From Dehalococcoidia bacterium (GTDB lineage Bacteria > Chloroflexota > Dehalococcoidia > Lucifugimonadales > Australimonadaceae), in the NCBI GenBank assembly GCA_963579135.1, contig CAUZFB010000007.1:6337-70336 (forward strand): DNA of 64,000 nucleotides, given 5' to 3'. The notes beneath the pieces were generated by a model. It searched no databases. It was not told where the DNA came from and saw only the letters and a program-made list of their open reading frames with translations. This document shows, one piece after another, positions 35,578 to 44,531 of the stretch; position 1 is the first letter of the stretch; the number at the start of each line of letters is the position of its first letter. The translations under genes and the position numbers were made by a program.

Positions 35578-37038
35578 TCATGCGTTCTGGAGTCGGTGCA
35601 GGACCGATTCGCGCTGCATGGCGGACATAAGCCAGCCAGGGGGGGTCGAGAAGCGGCTCTCCAGCAGCAGGTCGTACACCGTGTTGGCCGCTTTGCGATG
35701 GTCGATGTCAGCGTCCTTCAGCGTTTGCTTGTAGGCCGTCTGCACGGAGAGGCCGTTGTCCCAGTCAGAATGCTCGACTCCCGTGGCGAGCAGATGGGCA
35801 AACTCTGTCTGCTCTTGGTCGAGGACGCCTGGCGGCAGCAGCACGGTGTCGTCCAGGCGAGGCATGAAGGACCAGTTGCTCTGCTCCAGTCCGGGCGCTT
35901 CGTCCGACTCTATGATCTCGCCGTCCATGAGGCACCACCGGGGCACGATCATCGAATCGCCCTGGCGGGTCAGGCCCTTGGTGTCGCGGAACGTGTAATC
36001 CCCCGGCTCGACGTCGAATACGGTCACGCGCGCTGGCAGACCCACGCGCAAGCTGCCGATACGGTCGTCCAAGCCACGGAGCTTGGCCGGCTTGATCGTC
36101 ACGCGCTCAATGACGTCGCTAATCGCGTAGCCGTTGTTGAGGAAGATCGACATCACGTGGGCCAGGGAGTGGCACGGGCCAGTGACGTTGACTCCCTGGA
36201 GGTCGGAACTGATGACGTCGGCGACGACTCCCTGGGCCATGAGGGCGTCGAACGCCTCAAACGAGAAGTTCAGGCCGCCGAATCCAACGTCTGCAGCGAC
36301 TCCACGCTTGAGTGCGGCCTGCACCTCGGACAGGACTTTGCCGTCGTCGTCGAGCATATTGCCCCAGTTGCCGGTGTAGACGTGGGTGAAGCAATCACCC
36401 GCCCTGAGGGTATCCATTGCCTCACGCGTAAAACGCTCACCGTGGGGACGCCGGATGTCGCCAACGTGAAGGTACCGGGGGAGGTTGGCTATGTCGGAGA
36501 TGGCCCAGGCGTCCTTGACGCGTCCGAACCCGTTGTAGGTGTGCACGCCTGACTTGATTGCGAGGATGCGGTCGCGGTTCGCGTCAACGATGTCCCTAAA
36601 TTCTTCCGGTGGGACATCCTTGTTGGTGTGCGCACGATCGCCGAGGTCCTCGCGAGTACCGGTGAGGATACCCACGGGATTGTCGTGGATGAACGAGTAG
36701 ACCTCGGTCTTGCACTGGCCTTCCCAGTACTCGCGATAGTCCTGGTATGTCCAAACGCCCGAGCCGCCCGCGTCGATCATAGTGGTGACGCCGTGGAGCA
36801 CACCGATGGTGTCCGGGTCGGAGAAGGCCAGGTTGCTATACACGTGGACGTGCATGTCGAACCAGCCGGGACTAAGGTACTTGCCGGTCGCGTCGATGAC
36901 GCGCTCAGCCTGCCCAGGATCGATGCCGTCGCCGACGGCTGCGAAGAGACCGTCCTTGACCGCGACGGAGGTGACGCGGTCGGTCCCGCTGGCGGGGTCG
37001 ATGACATGCGCTCCGGTGACGACGAGGGTGTACTCTAT
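35578..37038 (-). CDS. amidohydrolase-superfamily metallohydrolase with no canonical start codon at its homology-defined N-terminus
   Basis: The track ORF starts at ATG 36855 (MHVHVY, the HxH motif itself). The 61 in-frame codons upstream (IEYTLVVTGAHVIDPASGTDRVTSVAVKDGLFAAVGDGIDPGQAERVIDATGKYLSPGWFD) align residue-for-residue with the N-terminus of the paralog at 1-457. ATA (37036-37038) sits where the paralog has ATG, with GGGAGAG 4 nt upstream. There is no ATG, GTG or TTG between the upstream stop (37075-37077) and 36855. Confidence 0.75.
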   Translation of the reverse strand: MEYTLVVTGAHVIDPASGTDRVTSVAVKDGLFAAVGDGIDPGQAERVIDATGKYLSPGWFDMHVHVYSNLAFSDPDTIGVLHGVTTMIDAGGSGVWTYQDYREYWEGQCKTEVYSFIHDNPVGILTGTREDLGDRAHTNKDVPPEEFRDIVDANRDRILAIKSGVHTYNGFGRVKDAWAISDIANLPRYLHVGDIRRPHGERFTREAMDTLRAGDCFTHVYTGNWGNMLDDDGKVLSEVQAALKRGVAADVGFGGLNFSFEAFDALMAQGVVADVISSDLQGVNVTGPCHSLAHVMSIFLNNGYAISDVIERVTIKPAKLRGLDDRIGSLRVGLPARVTVFDVEPGDYTFRDTKGLTRQGDSMIVPRWCLMDGEIIESDEAPGLEQSNWSFMPRLDDTVLLPPGVLDQEQTEFAHLLATGVEHSDWDNGLSVQTAYKQTLKDADIDHRKAANTVYDLLLESRFSTPPGWLMSAMQRESVLHRLQNA

Positions 37039-37294
37039 GACGCTCTCCCAGGTATCCGCAGGTTGTCGACTGCACTAGCCACACTCTACAACATCGACTG
37101 GCGCACGGACTAGGTGTGGCATGCGCCCGGCCAGCCAACCAGGAAGCGCAACCCGCCGTCCAACCAAAACGTACACCCCAAAACACAGCGTAACCATGAC
37201 TTCTTGGCGTAACAGCCTGCTCCTCGCCCCTTCCCAGAGCAACATTTTGAATCAACACCCCCGCAACCTTGCCATCCCCTATCATCAGTTCCCT

Positions 37295-38473
37295 ATGGCT
37301 ACTTACGACACGATAGTCCTCGGCGCGGGCGCCGCTGGGTTGATGTGCGCCATCGAGGCCGGCAAGCGCGGACGGCAGGTCCTCCTGCTGGATCACGCAG
37401 AGAAGGTGGGGAAGAAGATTCTCATTTCCGGGGGCGGGCGCTGCAATTTCACCAACCTGCATGCAATCCCCGATGTGTTCATCAGCGAAAATCCCCATTT
37501 CCCCATCTCGGCGCTGAGTCGGTACACGAGCGCAGATTTCATAGAGATGGTCGAGCGTTACGGAATCGCGTACCACGAGAAGACGCTTGGGCATCTTTTC
37601 TGCGACGGCAGCGCCAGCCAGATCGTCGACATGCTGGTGCGCGAGTGCCAGGACGCAGGCGTGGAGATTCGGACGTCGTGCGCCGTCACGGAGGTAGCTC
37701 GCGAAGACGAGGGCTTTCGGCTGGCGACGGCGAAGGGGGACGTGGAGTCAGAGTCGTTGGTCGTGGCGACCGGTGGCCGGTCGATTCCGAAGATGGGCGC
37801 GACGGGGTTCGCGCACAAGCTGGCGCGCCAGTTCGGGCTACGCTTGACGGAGACCAGGCCAGGGCTGGTACCGTTCACGTTTCAGTCGCCAGCGCTGGAA
37901 TCGTTCGCGGGCCTGGCCGGACTGTCAGTCGACACGACGGTGACGTGCGGTGGCGTGGCGTGGCGAGAGAACATCCTGTTCACGCATCGAGGGCTTAGCG
38001 GACCAGCGATACTCCAGGCTTCGTCATACTGGCACCAGGGAGATGCTGTCGAGATCGACCTGATACCGAAGATCGAGAACCCGGTGGTGCATCTGGCGAA
38101 CCAACGCGAACGGCATCCGGCGACGGTGCTAGCGTACGTACTGGGTGCGATGCTCCCCCGCCGCTTGGCGGTTGATCTGACGGGGCCTGACTCGACGGCA
38201 CCGATACAGTCGTTCTCCAACGCAGAAATCGCGGAGCTGGGCCAGATGCTAAAGCACTGGACAATCTACCCACACAGCACGGAGGGCTACCGGACGGCCG
38301 AGGTCACGGTGGGGGGCGTGGACACAGACGATTTGTCGTCGCGGACGCTGGAGGCACGGGGGCTGCCAGGTCTCTACTTCATAGGCGAGGCCGTCGACGT
38401 GACGGGCCCGTTGGGGGGCTACAACTTCCAGTGGGCCTGGAGTTCCGGCCACGCCGCCGGGCAGGTGGCGTAG
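37295..38473 (+). CDS. HI0933/YhiN (BaiN-like) family FAD-dependent oxidoreductase
   Basis: MATYDTIVLGAGAAGLMCAIEAGKRG and ISGGGRCNFTN motifs; 392 aa from ATG 37295. Confidence 0.9.
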   Translation: MATYDTIVLGAGAAGLMCAIEAGKRGRQVLLLDHAEKVGKKILISGGGRCNFTNLHAIPDVFISENPHFPISALSRYTSADFIEMVERYGIAYHEKTLGHLFCDGSASQIVDMLVRECQDAGVEIRTSCAVTEVAREDEGFRLATAKGDVESESLVVATGGRSIPKMGATGFAHKLARQFGLRLTETRPGLVPFTFQSPALESFAGLAGLSVDTTVTCGGVAWRENILFTHRGLSGPAILQASSYWHQGDAVEIDLIPKIENPVVHLANQRERHPATVLAYVLGAMLPRRLAVDLTGPDSTAPIQSFSNAEIAELGQMLKHWTIYPHSTEGYRTAEVTVGGVDTDDLSSRTLEARGLPGLYFIGEAVDVTGPLGGYNFQWAWSSGHAAGQVA

Positions 38474-38567
38474 CAGCCGTCAGTTTGCGGACCAGTTAAC
38501 CGAGAGAGGAGCGCCCGAAGATCGAACGCCCCTCTTCCATCGCTAATCTATGCAGCGTAGCGCTGGA

Positions 38568-39584
38568 CTAGATGTCGAGCTTGAGCAGGCGGCGGGCGTT
38601 GCCCTCGTAGATCTTGTACTTGTCCTCACGGGAAGCCGTGATGTTGTCAATCACGCGGATCGTCTCGCGGATGTAGCCGCTGCCCTTTTCAGGGTCGAAT
38701 GGAGCGTCCGATGCAAAGAGCACGCGGTCGCTGCCGAAGAATGCCAGGCCGCACTCCGTCGCCGGGATCGACCCGAAGACGGCGGTGTCGGCGTAGAACA
38801 TGTGGAAGTACTCGTAGGGCCGCTTCTGCAGCTTGCCCTGGGCCGCCACGTCGATCGGGTCTTCATTGCGTTTGCCCAGCTGGTCGAGGCCGGGACCCAC
38901 ACGACCGTCGAAATAGGGAATCATACCCCCCATGTGGTGGGCGATAATCTTGATGTCGGGATGGCGGTCGAAGATGCCGGAGAAGACCAAGCGGCCCATG
39001 GCGACACTGGTCTCGTACGGCCAGCCGAACACCCACCACATGTCATAGTATGAGCGCTCCTCTGTCCGGTAGTCCGGGATGTCGCTGGCCGCACGTGTGG
39101 GGTGTAGCCAGATGGGCAAGTCGTACTCGGCCATCTTCGCCCACAGCGGGTTCAGCGCCGGGTCATCCAGCGGTCCACCGTTAACGTTTGACCCGATCTG
39201 GATGCCCTTGGCGCCCAGGGTCTTGATGGCTCGGTCGGTCTCCTCGAGCGCTGCCTCCACGTTATTGAGGGGGAGCGCTGCGACGAATCCAGGGAAGCGG
39301 TCAGGGTGGCCAGCAACCACCTCTGCCATGCTGTCGTTGGCGATGCGAGCCAGCTCAGGGCTGTCCTCAGGTCCTGCGACGACTTCCAACGGGGGCAGGT
39401 TCAGCGACAGAATCTGGACATAGTCCTCGCCGAACTGGTTGATCTTCTCGAACCGGGCCTCTACGTCGTAGAGCATCGGAATCTCGGTGACGCGCTTCAT
39501 CATGTACGCGCCCTTCTCACTCATGCTCACCATCTTGTCAAAGTACGGCTTCGGCAAGATGTGGTTATAAACGTCAATCTTCAT
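38568..39584 (-). CDS. amidohydrolase_2 family protein (ACMSD/LigW-type non-oxidative decarboxylase/hydratase-like)
   Basis: MKIDVYNHILPKPYF N-terminus, HHMGGMIPYF and FASDAPFD; GAGGAGG SD. Confidence 0.9.
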   Translation of the reverse strand: MKIDVYNHILPKPYFDKMVSMSEKGAYMMKRVTEIPMLYDVEARFEKINQFGEDYVQILSLNLPPLEVVAGPEDSPELARIANDSMAEVVAGHPDRFPGFVAALPLNNVEAALEETDRAIKTLGAKGIQIGSNVNGGPLDDPALNPLWAKMAEYDLPIWLHPTRAASDIPDYRTEERSYYDMWWVFGWPYETSVAMGRLVFSGIFDRHPDIKIIAHHMGGMIPYFDGRVGPGLDQLGKRNEDPIDVAAQGKLQKRPYEYFHMFYADTAVFGSIPATECGLAFFGSDRVLFASDAPFDPEKGSGYIRETIRVIDNITASREDKYKIYEGNARRLLKLDI

Positions 39585-39790
39585 TAATTCTCAATCCTCC
39601 TCGGCACGGGGTCGTCATTTCACGAAACGCTCAGAGCACCCTACGGGTTGGAATCGATCCCGTAAAGCTTCGCGGTAGCGCAGGCATCGCCGACCGACGT
39701 CGCCGTGTACAAGAACGACGACGTACGGAACGTGGGACGCGCCTCTTGCGGCGGCGGCAGCAATCCGCTGGTAAGGCTGAACAAGGCGCG

Positions 39791-40489
39791 TTAGACCAGG
39801 TGCTTGCTGAACCACTCCAGCGCGTCGGACCACGCCTCTTTTGCGCCGGATTCATGGTATCGATCTTCATTCGTGTGGTTATGGAAGGCGTGCTGGGCGC
39901 CGTCGTACACGCGATGCTCGTGCGTGACACCCGCAGCAGAAAGCGCGGCCATCATATCGTCGATACCTGCGTTCACGCGTTCATCCAGCGCACCATAGGC
40001 GGCATAAACTGCAGCCTGGATGCCGGAGACCCCTTCCAATGGCGGGTTGGAGCCGTAGAACGGTACTGCGGCGGCAACATCGGGACAGGCAATCGCAGCC
40101 CGCCAGATGACCGCGCCACCAAAGCAAAAGCCGATGATTCCGATCTTGGTAGCGCCCTGCCCTTGCAGGAAACTGATCGCTGCCAGAGCGTCAGCCGTGT
40201 GGCGCTCCCGAGGAATCTCCGAAAGCACCGGGGGCACGTCCTCGATGTTTGCGGTGCCACCCTCACGGGTGAGGAGGTCGGGAGCGACCGCCATGTAGCC
40301 GTTGCTGGCCAGGCCATCAACCACGTCGCGGACGTAAGGCACGAGTCCGCGGTTTTCGTGAATGACCACAATCCCGGCGGCGGGGCCTCCGCCAGCGGGC
40401 TGGGCGAAGTAGGCGTCCAACTCCGCTCCGTCTGATGGAACTTTAACGTCACTGCCTTCTGTGGAACCGGAAGCGAGAAGCGGGTTCAT
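39791..40489 (-). CDS. dienelactone hydrolase family protein
   Basis: GIVVIHENRGL and nucleophile elbow GIIGFCFGG, with C-terminal GAQHAF. AGGAGA SD lies before ATG 40487-40489. Confidence 0.9.
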   Translation of the reverse strand: MNPLLASGSTEGSDVKVPSDGAELDAYFAQPAGGGPAAGIVVIHENRGLVPYVRDVVDGLASNGYMAVAPDLLTREGGTANIEDVPPVLSEIPRERHTADALAAISFLQGQGATKIGIIGFCFGGAVIWRAAIACPDVAAAVPFYGSNPPLEGVSGIQAAVYAAYGALDERVNAGIDDMMAALSAAGVTHEHRVYDGAQHAFHNHTNEDRYHESGAKEAWSDALEWFSKHLV

Positions 40490-40503
40490 GGTGTCTCCTG
40501 GGC

Positions 40504-41298
40504 TCATTCGAGCCTGCGGTTGTTGGCGAAGTCGTAGCCGGGTGAGATGGAGCCCTCGTAGCTCCATCTCACGTGATTGGGATCCCAGCGGTTATCGAGC
40601 GTCTCACCAAAGAATCTGATGAGCTCAGCCCACGTGGCCTCTGCCTGTTCGTGGCGATAGCGCCCGGGCATGGTGTCGTTGAGCCAGCCATGGGGTGCGC
40701 CTTCGTAGACACGCATCCGATAGCTCTTGCGGTGCGCCTCGAGCTCGTTCCGGAATCGTGCTGCGTCTTCTACCGCGATTACGTGATCCTGCTCGCCGAA
40801 AAGGCCAAGGACCGGACAGTTCAGGCCAGCGATCAGATCAGCGACAGACGCAGGCCTCCCCTCGTTGGGTTGCCAGTCGTTGCCACCCACTCCACCGTAG
40901 GCGACGACGATGGCGGCGACGTCGCTGCGGTGCGCGGCGTAGAGCAACGGCTGCCTACCACTCTGGCATACGCCGACGATACCGATGTCATTGCCGCTGA
41001 CGTACGTCTGCTCACGCAGGAAGGCTAGCGTTTCGTCCAGGTCAGCGAGGGCCTCATCGTCACGGATGTCGCAACGCGCGTCGCCGCGGGCGAGTGCGTC
41101 AGGATCGCCGTCGAAACGGTGGAAAAGGTCAGGCAGGCAGGCGACGTATCCGTCGGCTGCCAACCGCTCGGCGAGCAGGCGTTGGTGCTCGACGATTCCA
41201 TAGCGCTCGTGGATGAGCACTACGGCAGGTCGAGGTCCCGTCGCCGGCGGGGCCGCCGTAAGGCAGGTCATTCCGCTTACTAGTCGTGTTTCTTCCAA
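40504..41298 (-). CDS. dienelactone hydrolase family protein
   Basis: AVVLIHERYGI, GIVGVCQSG and GAPHGW. The start is TTG 41298 or ATG 41271. Confidence 0.88.
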   Translation of the reverse strand: MEETRLVSGMTCLTAAPPATGPRPAVVLIHERYGIVEHQRLLAERLAADGYVACLPDLFHRFDGDPDALARGDARCDIRDDEALADLDETLAFLREQTYVSGNDIGIVGVCQSGRQPLLYAAHRSDVAAIVVAYGGVGGNDWQPNEGRPASVADLIAGLNCPVLGLFGEQDHVIAVEDAARFRNELEAHRKSYRMRVYEGAPHGWLNDTMPGRYRHEQAEATWAELIRFFGETLDNRWDPNHVRWSYEGSISPGYDFANNRRLE

Positions 41299-41380
41299 AA
41301 CCTATAGCCCTCATCCCTTGTGGCGGGGACTATAGATGGACACCAGGATCAGGTCAACAGCCGCGAGGGCCGCGATCAGG

Positions 41381-42268
41381 CTAACGAGTGGCGATAATCT
41401 CTGCCAGTTGGTCGACCTGGTCGAGGTCACCGATGCCGGGTTCGAGGATCAACTCGTCGGCGCCCGCCTGCTCGAAGGCATCCATGGCGTCGATGATAGC
41501 TTGCCGGGTGTACGGGATCGGCAGCTCCATCTTCTTGGCAGTCTCGCCACGGAAGGCGTAGTAGGAGCGCATGGACTCGCGGGTGCGCTCGGCGGCGTAC
41601 GCACCGACCGCGCATGTAAGTGCTGCGACGAACCGGGGGCGCCCCGGCTTACCAGCGTCCTTCCAGGACTGCTCAGCTACCTTGTAGTAGTTCGCGACTT
41701 CCATGACCTCGTTGGTCGTCCCACTCCCAGCGGAGCCTGCGATGTAGCCGTCACCCACGCGGCCCGAACGCTCAAGCGCCGCTTTCGAGCGCCCGCCGAT
41801 TAGAATCTCGGGGCCAGCAGGGCGCGCCGGACGCGGCCCGATGGGACCGACATCTTCGTTCAGCCGCTCCCCGGCCCAGATGCGACGAATCGTTTCGATC
41901 TGATCGTCGAAGAGCTTGCCACGAGTGCGCATTGAAACGCCAACGGCAGCGAAGTCGTCAGGCCGGGAACCCACCCCCAAGCCGAGCACGAAGCGTCCGC
42001 CAGAGATGGAGTCGATACTCGCAGCCTGCTTCGCCAGCAACGCTGCAGGGCGCAGTGGCGCGATGAGGACGGTCGGCATGAGGCGCACGCGCTCAGTGAC
42101 GGCTGCTGCGGCTGCGAGGACGATCAAGGATTCGTGGGTACCGTAGACCAGGCGGTCGATGAGCGCCAAGGATGAGAATGGGCCTTCGTCTACTCGAATG
42201 GCCCACTCCAGAACCCGCTCGCCTCGCGTGGCGGGGATAACTTTCGGGTACGCGATGCCAATTTCCAT
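41381..42268 (-). CDS. luciferase-like monooxygenase (LLM) class oxidoreductase, F420/FMN-dependent
   Basis: TIM-barrel LLM pattern SISGGRFVLGLGVGSRPDDF. AGGAGAG lies before ATG 42266-42268. Confidence 0.9.
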   Translation of the reverse strand: MEIGIAYPKVIPATRGERVLEWAIRVDEGPFSSLALIDRLVYGTHESLIVLAAAAAVTERVRLMPTVLIAPLRPAALLAKQAASIDSISGGRFVLGLGVGSRPDDFAAVGVSMRTRGKLFDDQIETIRRIWAGERLNEDVGPIGPRPARPAGPEILIGGRSKAALERSGRVGDGYIAGSAGSGTTNEVMEVANYYKVAEQSWKDAGKPGRPRFVAALTCAVGAYAAERTRESMRSYYAFRGETAKKMELPIPYTRQAIIDAMDAFEQAGADELILEPGIGDLDQVDQLAEIIATR

Positions 42269-42363
42269 CAAACTCTCCTAAATGTAGTGCCATCTATGGG
42301 TAACACACGCCCTCTACTGCGTCGAGCCGGCCGGGAGGGACGGTAGACTCCGGCGGAGAACTG

Positions 42364-43560
42364 TTATTCCCGGGTCGGGACCTGGTGCTCCAACATCACT
42401 TCACGCCTGGTACGGGCGGACTCGAGCATTGCCAGGCAGACCTCCATGGTCGCCTTGGCCCATCGGCCGTCGTGGACGAGCGGGCGCCCCTCGGTGGCGG
42501 CGTAATAGACCTCGTCAATGACCGATCCACGGCCCTGCACTCCGCGCCATGGGTCGGGCTCGACGAGTTCGAAGCCCTCGGTCGTGTAGACCCCGACGCC
42601 GTTTGGGAGCATGCGTAGGTCAGCCCCGTCGCAAGTCACGACAAATGATCCTAGCTCTCCCTGCAGCAGCGATGGTGCTCCCTGCGGGGCCTGCTCCTGG
42701 GCGACGGACCGCTCCCCGCCGTATCCGGTGCTAACGCGCATCATCACCTCGTCTTCAGTCGATTGGACCGCGCGCAAAGCACGCCTAGTCGCGCCATACC
42801 GCTTCGGTTCTTTCGAACCGCGCCCGTCGGAGAGCTCGGTCGAGTCGAAATGGTCGTAACCGCTATAGGTGAGTGTGGCCACCGTGCCATTCTCGAATTC
42901 GAGAAACGCCGTGTAGCTGCCTTCGGTGTGACGCGCGGAATCGAGGTCCCACGTTGCTGCACGGACGCTGCGAGCCATACCACCAGCTATGAACCTTGCA
43001 GCGTCTACCTGGTGAGGCACCTGGTTGTACATGATGCCGCCGCCGAGCTCCGTGATGAGCTCTTCGGGCCTGCGCGGCCGGTACAGAAAGTCCGTGTAAG
43101 ACGTCGCGGTCATGAAGCCCACCTGCCCGACCTCACCGCTGACGACCAACTTGCGCATCTTCTGGACGATAGGATTGAAGCTGGCGGTGTGCCCAACCAC
43201 CATGTGCACGCCGCCACGCTCGGCGGCGGCGATCATCGCGTCGCACTCGTCCAGCGTGAGCGCCATCGGCTTCTCCACGATCGCATGCTTACGGTACTCG
43301 GCGGCGAGCGACAGATGCTCGACGTGCATCCCATGGGGCGTCGCGATATATACCGCGTCCACGGCATCGCTCTTGAACAGGTCTGCCGCGTCGGTGAACG
43401 CCTCGCCACCGAAATCGGCCTGGAACCTATCCAGGTGTTGACGGTGCAGATCGGCCGCCGCCGTGACCTTGATATCCGGATGTTTCGCCAGGGCGGCGAG
43501 CATTCCGCTACCTGCGCGGCCTAGCCCAATGACGCCGAATCGCAGCTCAGTCGCACCCAT
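42364..43560 (-). CDS. Gfo/Idh/MocA-family oxidoreductase
   Basis: LRFGVIGLGRAGSGMLAAL Rossmann motif and EKPMALT. Confidence 0.9.
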   Translation of the reverse strand: MGATELRFGVIGLGRAGSGMLAALAKHPDIKVTAAADLHRQHLDRFQADFGGEAFTDAADLFKSDAVDAVYIATPHGMHVEHLSLAAEYRKHAIVEKPMALTLDECDAMIAAAERGGVHMVVGHTASFNPIVQKMRKLVVSGEVGQVGFMTATSYTDFLYRPRRPEELITELGGGIMYNQVPHQVDAARFIAGGMARSVRAATWDLDSARHTEGSYTAFLEFENGTVATLTYSGYDHFDSTELSDGRGSKEPKRYGATRRALRAVQSTEDEVMMRVSTGYGGERSVAQEQAPQGAPSLLQGELGSFVVTCDGADLRMLPNGVGVYTTEGFELVEPDPWRGVQGRGSVIDEVYYAATEGRPLVHDGRWAKATMEVCLAMLESARTRREVMLEHQVPTRE

Positions 43561-43692
43561 CAAATCCTCTTTTGCCTATGACACGGCTAGTTGGGTTGGG
43601 GGGCCGCGCGGAGCACGGCTGCCCGGATGATATTGAGAGGGCAACGAACGGGACCAGGCGACGGGCTGGAACCGCCCGTTCGGGACGGAACA

Positions 43693-44316
43693 CTAGCTCG
43701 CGGCTACGCCCGCCTCGATCATTGCGATCGCCTGGTCGACGGTGCGGACACGCGCCATCATGGGGAAGACACGCGTCATCCAGTAGTCCTGGCTGCCTTC
43801 AAGCCCATCGTCGCAGCAATCGCTGACGACGACGATGTTGAAATCGAGATCCCGGGCGGCAAACGCGGTACTCGCGATGCCGATGTGAGTGGAGCCGCCG
43901 CATAGCAGGATAGTGTCGATGCCTGCGGTCCGGAGGCTGAGCTCCAGGCTTGTCTGGAAGAACGCGCTCCAGCGGTGCTTCTTGACGACGTAGTCCCGGG
44001 GGCTCGGTTTGAGTGCGTCCAGTATCTGGATATGCCAGGAGTCGGCGACCATGGCGCGCTTCATGCCGATGTGCTCATGCTCGGGGTCTGTCCAAGGAAC
44101 CATTGCGTAGTTGGAGTCCGAGTACAGCATCGCCGCGTCAGCGCCGTCCGGCCTGTGGTTGGCCATGGCAAAGGCTACGGCCATCCCGGCGGCATCAGCG
44201 GCGGCGCGCAGTTTCGCACAGTTCTGCACGACCAACTCATCGCTGGAGTGGTAAGCGTTCAGCATGTCGAAAAAAAGGACTGCCGTTTTCTCTGGTTGGA
44301 TCGCCAAATAAGACAT
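43693..44316 (-). CDS. isochorismatase-like hydrolase lacking the usual nucleophilic Cys
   Basis: KTAVLFFDMLN (Asp) and VVKKHRWSAFFQT (Lys). GGSTHIGIAST occupies the position of the canonical GvaTnvCVesT block, so Gly replaces Cys. GAGGAG SD lies before ATG 44314-44316. Confidence 0.88.
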   Translation of the reverse strand: MSYLAIQPEKTAVLFFDMLNAYHSSDELVVQNCAKLRAAADAAGMAVAFAMANHRPDGADAAMLYSDSNYAMVPWTDPEHEHIGMKRAMVADSWHIQILDALKPSPRDYVVKKHRWSAFFQTSLELSLRTAGIDTILLCGGSTHIGIASTAFAARDLDFNIVVVSDCCDDGLEGSQDYWMTRVFPMMARVRTVDQAIAMIEAGVAAS

Positions 44317-44349
44317 CTCCGGTCTCCTCACTCGTGGGCTTGCATGCAA

Positions 44350-44531
44350 GCGTTGCGCTCTCGTGGCAGGTTGTCGTGCCTGGTTCTTATATCAGATTCT
44401 GGTGCCTAGTTCTTGTGGCAAGTTCCCGTGTCTAGCTCTGGAGGCCGGCTCCGGTGTGGGGATCTTGCATTCGCTTCGCGTGTCAGATTCTGTCGTCAGA
44501 TTCTTGAAATAACTTCTTTACCGAAGTTCTT
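44350..44531. repeat. degenerate tandem array, 14 units of 13 nt (plus-strand consensus GTGnCnnGTTCTT)
   Basis: Read directly. Phase is kept for 182 nt. Position 10 is T and position 11 is C in 14 of 14 units; position 12 is T in 11 of 14. The array spans the gap between 44496-45452 and 43693-44316 and runs into the last 12 codons of the upstream gene. Confidence 0.8.

Noticed and set aside
36905-37594. 229-aa minus-strand ORF spanning the amidohydrolase 5' end and the flavoprotein 5' end
   Set aside because: It is out of frame with the homology-supported amidohydrolase N-terminus and antisense to the HI0933-like gene. Its Arg-rich tail is typical of spurious frames.
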